Positions 1-12,400 of a stretch of 64,000 nt of DNA are shown piece by piece. Numbering within the stretch: position 1 is the first letter of the stretch; every line of letters starts with the position of its first letter. The notes under the pieces are model-generated. The model was not told where the DNA came from and made no database searches. It saw nothing but the letters and a program-made list of their open reading frames with translations. The stretch is taken from contig CM082578.2 of assembly GCA_040954595.2 (NCBI GenBank), positions 5,252,831 to 5,316,830 of the forward strand. Reading direction: 5' to 3'. This DNA comes from Balanoglossus misakiensis (lineage: Eukaryota > Animalia > Hemichordata). The position numbers were made by a program, and so were the translations under genes.

Positions 1-74
1 TTTTCATGCTGAACTTGTCAACAGGTCAGAAATTTGTCCTTTGGCATTAAAAACAATGGGCAAATTTTTCATAA

Positions 75-286
75 TACAGTAAAACACATTATTTTCGCGA
101 GCAATAAATTTTCGCAAAATACGCGAGAGCCAAAATAGCGTGAAAATAAAAAGTCGCGTAATTTTTTTTGAAGATAACGATGCAGTGAATGAAATAAGAA
201 AACGCGAAAATTAATACTCGCGAAACAGTGGCCTCTCTCGATATCGCGAAAATTTCAACTCGCGAAAAATAAAGTGTTTTACAGTA
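75..286. mobile_element. TA-flanked MITE (Tc1/mariner-like ends), TCGCGAAA-rich; copy 1
   Basis: Termini tacagtaaaacac...gtgttttacagta; homologous to 1666-1878. Confidence 0.65.
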
Positions 287-737
287 TGCATGGTGAAGGA
301 AACTTTCATTTTGTGTGTTACACAATTGTGACAATCAATACTGGGTCACTGATATTACAGTGGATTTTGATTTTTTTTTTTTTTGCATCAAATGCTGGCT
401 TACAATATTAAAAAGATCACTTTCATGTAAAAGATGGCCAAAAATTAAACTCTGACATCTTCTCATATAACAGAAGAAATTTAATCACTAATCCAGTTGT
501 ATCCAGAACATCCTTTTCACTGCACATGACAGCCATCAGCAATCTCTGACATTATCCTTCCTATCCTCACAGAATGCCAAACAAGTATTTGACATTTAAT
601 TAATGCTGCAGTAGTTTTCTGTACAATAACAATTTTCATTATTATCCAACTTCTCCCTTAAAGGGACAATTTAAAGTCTCTCTCTCGCTGGCCTTTTCCC
701 GTTAATTATGTTTGATACAAGACACTGTTTATCTTAA

Positions 738-1356
738 AGGGGAAATCCGCTGTAGGTGATTTCTACATAAGTTGGTAGCTTTGATGTCTCTCTTTCAGAA
801 AAAAACATATTCGCCATGTATAGGTCCCGCGATTTTTTATAAAATCTAGGGAAAGTTGGCAGAATTTCCAATATGGCGTTTACTGTAATTTGAATCATGG
901 GAAAAAAAGCGCCAGGACCAACTTCCGCCCACCTTGGTGTGGGTGATACCATTCTCCGATTGGTGTCACTGGGCGACAGACTAGGCGTATTTTCATAGCT
1001 ATTGTTTGTTCTTTGCATCAGTTGATAAACAATCATCAGCAAAGTCGAAAATTTGTCATCTATTGACAGTTTTCATGAGCTATAACCCATGAAAAATATG
1101 CAAATACGCTTAGCTTGTGACACAGTGACACCAATCGGAAAATGGTATCACCCACACCAAGGTGGGCGGAAGTTGGTCCTGGCGCTTTTTTTCCCATGAT
1201 TCAAATTACAGTAAACGCCATATTGGAAATTCTGCCAACTTTCCCTAGATTTTTAAAAAAATCGCGCGACCTATACATGGCGAATATGTTTTTTTCTGAA
1301 AGAGAGATATCAAAGCTACCAAATTATGTAGAAATCAGCTACAGCGGATTTCCCCT
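738..1356. mobile_element. Foldback MITE with ~230 bp TIRs and TTAA TSD (Kolobok-like)
   Basis: TTAA(734-737)-AGGGGAAATCCGCTG...CAGCGGATTTCCCCT-TTAA(1357-1360). The ORF track shows the same spurious peptide on both strands. Confidence 0.85.
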
Positions 1357-1665
1357 TTAATGTACGTCTGGATATATAGTGAATCAACTTTCGATCAAAC
1401 ACAAGTTCCATCCCGTTTGTTGGATATGAGAGTAAAAATCCCGCCAAAATGAATAAATGGTAAACACCAATTATTCATTTTGGCAAGTTTTCCATGTTTT
1501 ATAAATAAGCCCTGCTTGTAGCATCTCACTTGTGAACTGTGTATCGCACATGCAATGTACGCACAGTAAGTTTCCCACACAGGCTCGTACTCAAACGTGT
1601 AGGTGACAGAGGCTTCAACCACTGATTTGAATGCTGGGATCTATTTGGGCAGAGCTTGTTTCAAC

Positions 1666-1878
1666 TACTGTAAAACAGGTTATTTTCATGAGCAATAAAT
1701 TTTGCGCGAAATACGCAAGAGCAAAAAAACGTGAAAATAAAAATTCGCATAAAATGTTTTTCAGAGATAACGATGCAGTTAGTGAAATACGAGAATGCAA
1801 AAATGAATTGTCGCGTAACAGTAGCCTCTTTTGGTATCGTGAACATTTCCTGTCGCGAAAATAACCCGTTTTACAGTA
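1666..1878. mobile_element. TA-flanked MITE, copy 2 of the 75-286 family
   Basis: Termini tactgtaaaac...gttttacagta; internal similarity to 75-286. Confidence 0.65.
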
Positions 1879-3871
1879 TTCCAGGCAGCCAATGAGGGTG
1901 CGAATAATGTGATCAGTTTGTGGGCTTTGGGGGGGATTTCTCAAAACAAGACACAACAAGCAGAAACAGCTGATGCCTACTTGCACGGCATCAAAGACAC
2001 AACATGAATACCAATTGACTGTTGGTAATCATCAGAGGATTACTTATTTTCCTGCGTAATTTCAGATACGAATTCACAGCAAGCTCCTTGTCACGCAAAT
2101 CCAAAATCTGATCTCAAGTGGCCAGAAATGATACAATTATACTGCTGTGTTTACAAAATACTTAAAAGCTCATCAGCGACAATTTCAATTTTCTTCATTT
2201 TTTTTTGTAATTCCCATTTCATCCAAAATCACACAACTGCGGCAAACGTCATCTCCGAGAAGCAATCTATGTTGACATTTGAAAAGGTAAAATGATCAAT
2301 ATCTCATCAGTCCTAGTTTAAGCACTGGCAATTTTCTCTGATACTTGCACTATCCAAAGGCCCACAATCAGATATTGATTATTTGATTTTATTTGGCAAA
2401 TGTTTTCATATCTTAAGAATTTTACTCAATATTGCAATCAATTACTTCAGACGTGAAAATACGCATGTTAGGAACTGATGACGTATGTCAGATCTCCTGA
2501 AATGCCAACAATGATTTTTTGCTTGTCTGGTTTATATTATATATAAAGAGTGCCAGAAATTTTATTTTTACAAAGTCACTACCAGTATACTTAATGTGTT
2601 TCACCAAGGCCAGATTCTTACTGTAAATTAACAGCATGAAATTTAGAAAACGTTTTCAATTTCTTCAATGGCAGTTCTTTATTGACAGAACACTTATAAA
2701 ATCTTGGAGAACTGTGATTTTTACCCGTGAAATCTGCCATCTGATTGGAATAGATCTTTACTGTGACATGTGTACACTTTCGTACTTTTTTTTTAATTTT
2801 TCAAAAAGGAGAAATTCAGTATTACTTTCCATCTTTCCAAAACCTGGTTGGTTGATTTCCTTTAAAAAAAACTTGGTTAAGTTCCCATACAAAACAAAAA
2901 TGAACACAATGATGATAAAAGCAATGCAAAACACGTGCAGCTAGAAAGCTTTGTTTAATAGCAATGTTCCCTTCGGTAACACTAACTACAATGTAGATGA
3001 ACTGTGTGTTTTATGATAAACCTACAACTTACAACTACAGAATGACTATGGCACTTCTAATTAATGCAGTGTACAGACCACGATTGAGTTTGGAGCTACA
3101 GTTGACATTTTCAATACCTACTTACTATTCTGTGCGTATGACACAATTAAGCTGATACAAAAAAGTCAGGTTGTCAAAACATAATAATCCGTAGAACTTT
3201 GTGATTTGCAGTTTGAATAAGATGCGAACACATTGAAACTGAACTCTGAAGATACAACAGCTTTCTACGGTTGCACAGTCTTCTCTGCCGGACTTGGTTG
3301 AACATCGAGAATAACTCGACTCGTCTCTTGAGAACTCTGCGTACGCACACACAATTACAATGCATGGCTGGCTTCTGTTAACATCACTCTTACCTGGCTC
3401 TGATCTCATTGATGAGCGGGTTCAAAGTTCACCACCTGAAATGCAGAGATGTCAACTCAGTCAGTTCATTAGTATTCGGTGAACGTTTTCACGGTATCTG
3501 CAGTGCACTGTCACAAGGTCTTTCTTGCCACAGACAGTCATCAAGCCAGTGAACACAACATAACATGCTGGCTGCTGATAGGGCATATGCATGCAGGTAC
3601 GCACGTGCACACTCACACACAAATCCATACACAGCACTTTCTGCTGTGCAAGCATTATATCCACATCACTCTGACTTTTCGGTTCGTATATAGAACTCAC
3701 ACTTTTGAAAATTTCACATAATGCTGGGGGGGTCATGTCAGGAACTCCCAAATTCTCTCCGCTCAACGATGATGCAATCATTTTTGGAAGACATGGTCAA
3801 TCACTGCTGACATGAAACATTCGTAGCGCTCCTATGAATTGATACTGTCTGGATGCACACATCGCTGCACT

Positions 3872-3897
3872 ATGATGATGATGACGACGACGACGAC

Positions 3898-3967
<70 letters not shown>
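3872..3967. repeat. (GAT)n/(GAC)n microsatellite
   Basis: Direct trinucleotide run. Confidence 0.97.
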
Positions 3968-4565
3968 TACTAACAGTAATCTACATGTATCAGCATCTAT
4001 GCACACCAATAGACTGTACTTCACTAAGTCAATACACACAAAGCAGGATTTACACATATCTACATACACCACAAGAAATTTCAGAGCCCATGCATATAAC
4101 TGGACTACATGAATTTAATTTGGCTTCAGGATGATGGCTTTAGACTAATACCATTTCGGCAGATTAGGGTCCACATTTCAATCCTCTAAAACACTTAGTT
4201 TGTGTGAAACCAACTGAAATTTATCATAACATAGATGAAGGGCTTCATTAACACGAACCTTCTATTTATATTTCATGGAACATTATGGTTAATGATAATC
4301 ACAATAATGTGTGCATAGTAAATACATGAAAACCTATGCATTTAAAAAAGAATCAAGGTTAAGCAGTATTTTCATTTGAGAACATTCGTTAATTTTGGGT
4401 TTCTACATTAGAAAAAAACGATTAAGGCGTGACAATATCTGATGACACAAGAAGGAAAATCCCCAGTAGAATTAATCACTTCAATGAGATCATCAGAAGG
4501 GTGCTAATTATTGCACTATCCTGACAAACACTATACAACCCCCTAACCGATGATGCGTAATAGCA

Positions 4566-4579
4566 CCACTAGGTGGCGC
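4566..4579 (+). promoter_or_regulatory. Candidate CTCF site
   Basis: CCACTAGGTGGCGC matches the CTCF core consensus. Confidence 0.5.
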
Positions 4580-4746
4580 TCTTTCTGATCTCGCAGCTCG
4601 CCTATTTTGACAGAGTCTGCCAACAGTAAACAGTCTACATCAGAGAGAAATTGTATTTCAGTTTGATTCCCTGTTGACCTGGGATATCAGAAAAGTATTT
4701 ATCACTAAACAGAGTCCTTTGTTGGAACAACAGACTGATTCTTTAA

Positions 4747-5058
4747 CCCTAACGCTGCCAAGTCAGTTGAAACTGGTTTGATTTCCAGGGTGCCTAGAAT
4801 CCTGGCTCCCAGGCCTGTTAGACTGCCAAGTGCGTGTTAATCAGTAGGGCCTATACAAGACCCTCAGACCAATACAGTGCAAACCAGTGCGATTTGGTAC
4901 CTTTACAGGGGGCTCAGACTGCCAAGTTTGTATAAGTACATGTACGTATGAGAGCCGTGTCAAGACACTCAAAATACATTTTAGAAGAAAAAGTGGCAAA
5001 TACATATTTTAAGGGGACTTGACATTTTAAACAGGTATGACACCCAGTAGCATTAGGG
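4747..5058. mobile_element. piggyBac-like MITE, copy 1
   Basis: TTAA-CCCTAACGCT...AGCATTAGGG-TTAA; highly similar second copy at 13050-13342. Confidence 0.85.
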
Positions 5059-6497
5059 TTAAACAGAGCAGCTTCAGGATGATTAGAGCCTCTAAGATCA
5101 ATTTCTGAACCATAACATATTTATATTATTTATACTTCCAATCAAATTGAGTGCTTCTTGTATGTGCGTCATATAATTTTTCCAAAATGCATATTAACCT
5201 ATGTTTATCATAAATTATTTCTTAAAATCCATTAACTGCACAGATTATACATGGCGTAACTTGGACTTCAGGAACATGTCAAATATAAATGTCAGATTTA
5301 CCTGCCACTGGAACTGAAACAGATGTATGTCAATTTTTCATCTATTTATAGCCACTTTGTATTTTTTTGATCACACAATTAATATTTCAGTGACTTGGTA
5401 CAGAACGGAGACACTAACATCCTTTCATTCACTCTGAAAAACAACAACTCTTCAATATTTTATTTCTTTTCAACCGTTCTTCAGATAAGAATATTTCTCA
5501 TGTTTTCTTTATGAAACGAGAAGTGGTGGCTCATTCTCTTCAATAAATATCACATTGGTGCATTTTAGGTTATATCAAAAAAAGCAAAATTGCAACATAT
5601 TACAACATTTTGTTTCAGCGCCAAACTGTAAATATCAGAGACATATTAAAGTAACAATTAAAATGACTAAGTATCAGCCACAACTTACTAAAAAAATCTA
5701 ATTCTAAGCAATTTTTCATATTAATTTTACAGTAAAGTGTGTACTTTCTGAAATTTACACTACCATGAAGGTAGACTTTAATTTCACCTGGGTGATCAAT
5801 AAAAGATTGATAGATATTGCATTGAAAGAAACTTTAGTAAGGCTCCAGCGTTTGTTTTCCCTCTGTTTTGATCCAATTTCAACACTCCACACACTGTACA
5901 GATGGTAAACATACAGTTAAAACGCACTTCTATCCTATGCAACCACAAATTGTGCTGATTTCTGCAAACTGATTTCCTACTTGAGCCAACATGGCCATTC
6001 CTCTAGCTGTATGCCAAGAAAGATTTCTTTCTCTGTTAAAACACCAGAGTGAAAAGCAAACATTATTTCAATATAACTGTGCGGTCCCCTTCTTGGACAA
6101 ATTCAGACTTCGGAAAAACAACTCAAACAAATACTGCATATCACTATTTGTTCTTCAGATTATACAAATTACTTTTCAGTCTCACGCACAAGTACAATGT
6201 TTTCTCAGCATCTTAATTTTCTCTGTGTATAAAAATGTACATATTTTTCATTTTCTTTATGTCTGCGACTACGGGATAAGTTTCATACGAATACCACTGA
6301 AACACATTACATTACAAGAATGCTACAAGAAAACCCTAAGAGAACTGTTCAGTGTGTATTGTTTACTGTTGTTATAGAAACAGTCAGAGTCAAGTTCAAA
6401 GTTGGCGAGTGTTGACTGTACATTGCAATAGTGTATTGATACTACCAGTACTACCTACATCAAATTAGAATTCAAAGCAACAACATACCGTTTCGCG

Positions 6498-9400
6498 TTA
6501 TTCTCCCAAACGACAACACACACGTTTCCTGCACTGCAGATTCTGACATCCACTGGCCGACTCCTGGTAGGGACCCTCGGTGATGTTGTCGCAGTAGAAG
6601 AACTGCTCGTGCTTCAGGTTCGGACAAGCCTCGGCCAACTCCTGCAGACCAGCCGCGGTCACATTCAGACACCCAGACAGATCCAGGTGCACCAAGTTTG
6701 GCAACCCACCATTACTGGCTAATGCTCTGCAACAAATTAATATTCAATTGATTTCTTTTTTTTTTTAAAAGTGAATATGCACTCCTACAGTTACACTGTT
6801 TCCATGACGATGCTCTACAGACCAATGTCGTGGACACTGTACTCCAACACATCACAGTATTTTCTGAAGAGTTACGTGTGAAAAGAATGCTGACACCTTT
6901 TCAGTCCTCAAATCAGTGACATTCTTGATTCCAGCTTCACTAGTGTAAAGTAAAACCTAAAGCCCTATTAACACTTGTCATTGTGGATGACACGCCCTCG
7001 CTGTAGAATTGGTAGTGTCTGGGTTTGTGGGTCTGTTTTCGTTCATTCTAAACGCTATATTGCAATATAAGTTTACGGTGAAAGCCATAGTGGGGTATTT
7101 TCGGTGCACTGTGCTTGTTTTGTACACTGTGGTTCAGTTCGTGCTTCTGCAGTACAGTAACAGTATGTTGTTCTGGATATAGCAATGATTTTGGTCATGG
7201 TGATTTTGGATTCAAATTCAGAGATTACTAGTCTGAATACCAGAGATCAAGGGTACTTTTTGGATACACTCGGAGGATGATGTAGCTCTGAATATCCCCA
7301 AAAGAGTAAAAATATTGTTTGATTCAAAATCAAGGTTTAGGAATAGGGTATGGGTAGGCGTCTGGTGGTAAAATGTCCAGGAGGAACCTTAGTTTAGGAA
7401 ATGTTTTGAGCACCACTGGTGTGTGAACTCGCCTGGATTTTCCAATAGAGGACACAATAGAAATCTTTTGGAGTTCTCAAGTTGCAAAATCCAATGAGTT
7501 AATGCAAGGGAAGTAGTTCAGAGATCAAGTTATGAGCCACAACACAAAAACATGGAATATATAAGAACAGGTTGACACTAAAGACATAAGGTCACACCAA
7601 ATTACACAAGCTTACAGTTTAATATTACATTGTAATTGCAGAGGATCATGAATCAACACAAGACAATATAACAGACTCTATATATCTGTGATATTCGCTA
7701 TGAACATATTCAGCATTTGAAGAATTATCAAGCACCGAGCCTAATGTAGATTATGGTCATTATATATAAAGGAAACCCCAATAAAATGTTGAAGACAACA
7801 TGAATATGTGCTGCACACAAACATTACTGTGAATCCGAGTCTAATGCAATCAAAACAAGCCAAGACAAGACACCATCAATGATCATTTGTATTCTGATGG
7901 CACATAACAACTTACATTGGCTTTTAGTTTAAATCTCCCATTTGAAACATGAATATTTCGCTACATTATTGCTTTTAAAGTTAAAGTTGGATACCAGAAA
8001 GTGTCATTAAGATTTAAATCGCATTTTGCTTTTGTCCCAAAAATGAAGTAGAAATCGCCATGGAAATGCATCACTGTCGAGCAGAAACACAAGTACTTAC
8101 CTGACTTGTGACCTCTAAACTTTGACCTACCTCAAACCTTCATCAGTGATCTGATAACAGCTGGAAAGCCCCAGGAACTCCATCGGCCTTGAAATCTGGT
8201 CCGAATCCCCGCGTTGCCGGCAGCTGCCACTTCCCGAGCAGAACGCAGTCTTGGTGTTGTTGTTATCCGGGAGGGCGTTGCAGCAAATCCTGCTGTTTTT
8301 GTCAAAGGCTGATGCAGCTGCGAGGGGCATTGAAGTCCTATTCTTGTCACTTTCCCCGTAGCTGCTGCAGCACGACCGGTTAGAGTCGCCAAAGTACCGA
8401 TCACCGGTACAAGTCCTGGCGTACTCAACAACGCACACGCCCTCAGTGTCCGTATCCCGGCAACAGTTCTTAGTCCTCTTGTTGCCGTCGTCAACACAGC
8501 TGTTGCACCCAGTTGGGGCAACGTTGGAACACTCCGATTTCACATGCTCATCCGCAGATAGCTTCCACTTTGCAAATTTCCACAATGTCTCGTTGCAGCT
8601 TTCGATGGCAATCTCGTCATTGTTGAATGTCCTGGTTGCCATGGAAACTCCTCCATCAGTGGTATTGCGAGCATCGTTATCCTCGGAGCACACACCCTGA
8701 CAGCACATCTCAACTTGCGGTGGGTTCATTCCGAGCGATGTGGCCAGTCGGATCAGAGTGGTGTCGGTGATTTTCAAACATCCCGACAGATCCAGATGCT
8801 TCAACTGGCTTCCCGCACCATTCCTTCCAAGTCTACAAACGAAAACAAGGATTAAGGTCAAGATTCTGACATCTTTGTGTTCATATTATAACTGACACAG
8901 GACGATAGCATAGTCAAACATTAACAGTTCTAGTCCAAAGATCAGGTGTTAAATGTTTAGGCTTCAAAGTAAAGAACATTACATGTACAACCATCGCTCA
9001 GAACACCTCACACAGTCATCGTTCAAATTGTCCAATGCAAAAGTTCAGCCATACATATAGAGACATGCCGCATTTCATAACTCCTCATACTTGTTTCAAA
9101 CAGGCATTTTATCAAAATTATTGAACACATGATCAACATTTGGCTACAGTTATCACATACCACATCATACATCATTAAAACTGGCACATAATTCATCTCT
9201 GCGTACTCTCTCAGACTGACATATTTAAAAAATAATTTATCATGCTCTGATTTCTGTTACGACATTCAATTTTTTTTTCCAAAAGACTCTCACTGAAAAA
9301 CTAGACCTTAATCTATCCAAACTTTGACATGATAACTAGTTCACTTGTTCACTAAGCCATCTTTGACAATTCATAGACAGAACTTTACTCAGAAATCGTG

Positions 9401-12400
9401 ACATGCAGCAAGAAAGGATGAAATCTGAAATAGTCTTACCCTTTGAAAGCCACATCAGAAATGTTGGTCTGTTTCAGATCTAAGTGTTCCAGATTGGGAC
9501 AACTGATGATCATTTTATATACCTGTAAATGACAGCACACATCAATGCAGAATATCCATTTCATGGAGGATAATAATTAATAATTTAATTGAGATAAAAA
9601 CTAAAGGCGTAATTCTCTTTCGAAAAGGAAGAAATACTAGAGTTATGAACTATGTAACATAACAGGAATAACGTCATGTGTCACTATGTCTTTCAATTGA
9701 TCAGGTGCTTTTAAACAATGAAAATTGATTCAGAAACATGTTCTTATTTCATCCGACTGTTTTCCACATTTATTCAGTTTCCTTTGCAAAAGACAACTTA
9801 AAATATCATGATACAGTCTCTGCAGTAAAATGGTTAGTTGGTAATCGCTGACGAAGTTTACTTACCAAATAATAATAATCGAGTTAACTTCAAAAGGTAA
9901 GTTAGTAATAAATACGTTGACTTGAAATGGTACGTTTCAAACTGACTGGGTTGACTTACCAAACCATTGGTAACGCCTTTACTCTTGCTGAGTATCAAGG
10001 TCCGCACAATCGGTCCAATCACCGGTATCAGATACTTGGCCACATCGGTCAACATCTTGGCCTCTTTGCGAATACACATGGCCGCGTAGCTGAGAGTGCT
10101 GGAGACACTGTCGTCGCTCTCCTCAGATTCGTCAAAGTCTGCATCCTCGTCCACCACCACGTACAGCTCATCTTCACTGCCACTGTTTGTTGGACTGCTG
10201 TCCGACTCGGAGGATTCTGTCATGTTACAGTCCACAGAATTGCCAAACTCCCACATGCCTGTGCGTGAAGACCAAATAATCAATATAGTGAATGTGTACA
10301 TCACCAATACTGTACTTCACACAGAACTTTGATAAACAGACTTCATGATGCTCAAAATGGAATTCTCAAAATTGTGTACTCTTCTAAGTTCTAATCCCCT
10401 GCATTGAACATTCATTCCATTTCAATACTCTGTAAAAATCCATTCTATTGTATGCAAGACTACCGCAGTGTTCATGGAAAACAATATACATACATATATA
10501 TTTAATGATTTAGTTTTGTTTTCATCGTGATCCGAATGAATTCCGGGTTTACAAATATAAAATCACCTCTCATTTACATATGCCCATATATGGCTAAAAT
10601 GACGTGTCTGTGTATTCAAAGGAACAAGCGGTGGTGCTCTTTTTTTCGCATGTCTACCCACTGACAATCTGTGATTTGCTACACCTCTGATTTCCAAGGC
10701 AACAATGGCTAAATTTGTATTGGTGACCGTTTACCTTTCTCCCATATTATTACCTGAAAACTTTCATGCACAAACACAGATGAAGAGAGACAAACACACT
10801 TGAAAAAGAGTTCCTTACCTTTTGCCCATCGACAAGGATACAATGTCTGCCAAGTTGACCCAGCATAGGCCAACTTCGACCATCGGGTACACACCTGGGC
10901 ACAACGGCACAAATCTTTGGGACTCAACAGTGAGAAGATCTTCAGAATAATTTCCGTGGGGAGCAACTCAAACTTACTATCTTCTTCTGTCTCATCTTCC
11001 TCATCTTCTGAAACAGGGCAAATTGAAAAATTGTCTCTTTTATAAGAAATTTGCTGGAATGCCACTGTATTCGTTTGTTACTAAAAGGTTACTTTGTAAT
11101 GATACTAAAATAATGTGGTCTCAAACTATAATAGATAGAGTAGTTCTTGAAGCACCAGTACAGAACAGCAATAACAGCGAGTGCTATATAGAGTGAACTG
11201 TACCCAAATCGAGTGTATACCCGCCTGTGGCAGCGGTTATTGCTATTATAATCAATTTTGTTGCGTAACAGTGCTGTTATTAGTGTTAAACACAACAGCG
11301 TCGGAAAAATTTAGCAGTGCTATTATAATCGCGTTTACACAACAAAGATGACAAGACATAGTGTGAATGAACGCACAACCACAGTAACCACAATTTTTGT
11401 GGCAATATAAAACTATCTACTCCTTATAATATTTGAAATTATAAGATAAGCCCATTATGTTCTATCATTATGAACACCAATTGCCTGGCCATGGGGGCCA
11501 TAGCAGCCGTTCATTACCCCTGAGGGGCTGTGCGTTACCAGAATCACATGCTATTTCCCGAGGCCGTAGGTAATTCTGGTAACTCACAGTCACAAGGGGG
11601 TAAAAACGGCTGCTATGGCCCGAATATAGGCCAGGCCATAGGTGTTTTATAATAAACCTCATGCTAACACCGTCACGTAGCCAGTTTATATTTTTTCTGC
11701 TATTTCCCTAGGGATTCATAGTCGATTCTATTTTCATATCACGTGACGGCTTCTGGCGAATCAGGACACAGTATTAGCAAGAGGTATATTATAATTCACA
11801 CTATTTCCCGGCAAACCAAATGAAGGACAGCTTGACAAGTGTTAAGCACTGACCAGTTGGTTTCTCCACAGTGTCCTTCATGTACTTCAGTTTTCTGTGC
11901 AGCTCGCTGTGTCTCTCAATCACAGTTGCTTTGATGTCTTTCAGTTCTTCGTAAGAGAAATAGCGCATCAGGAGCTCCTGGAATACCTGTCAGAGGTGTA
12001 CAAAAACCAACGAGTACATGTAGATATGAGTTGCAAATTTACCGATACAGACAGTCATTCTGTTTTCAGTTCACTCAGACAACTTTCATGATAATCCTTA
12101 TCCAAACCAAGCATGTTTTGCAACATCATGAAATGATTTCTACAGAGTCACATACATGTCACCTTCGTTTTGAGGTTTGACCTAACATCAACCTTTGAAA
12201 ACGTGTCTGAACTTCAGACAAACCCAGTCAAAAGTATGAATTCTTAATTCAGAACAGACATGGGGACAGGTGAAAGTTTATTCTAGGTATTACATGAAAA
12301 GAAATACTGGTAATTACCACATCAAAATATACAGGCAGTACAAAGAACTGTTTGACGGTACTAAGGCAAGCTAATGCTAACTGACATTGTAAAATGGTTA

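Noticed and set aside
734-1360. Identical ORFs on opposite strands
   Set aside because: Artefact of MITE terminal inverted repeats; no transposase motifs.
3797-4134. Poly-His / poly-Asp ORFs
   Set aside because: Translations of the (GAT)n microsatellite; no coding context.
5100-6497. Iron-responsive element in the FBXL5 3' UTR
   Set aside because: The CAGUGN loops I checked on the minus strand (~5306, ~5892) lack the 5-bp upper stem.
8095-8130. Stronger-looking alternative donor (CAG|gtaagt at 8100) for FBXL5 exon 7
   Set aside because: Using it would include the in-frame TAG at 8129-8127; the donor at 8130 gives the correct phase.
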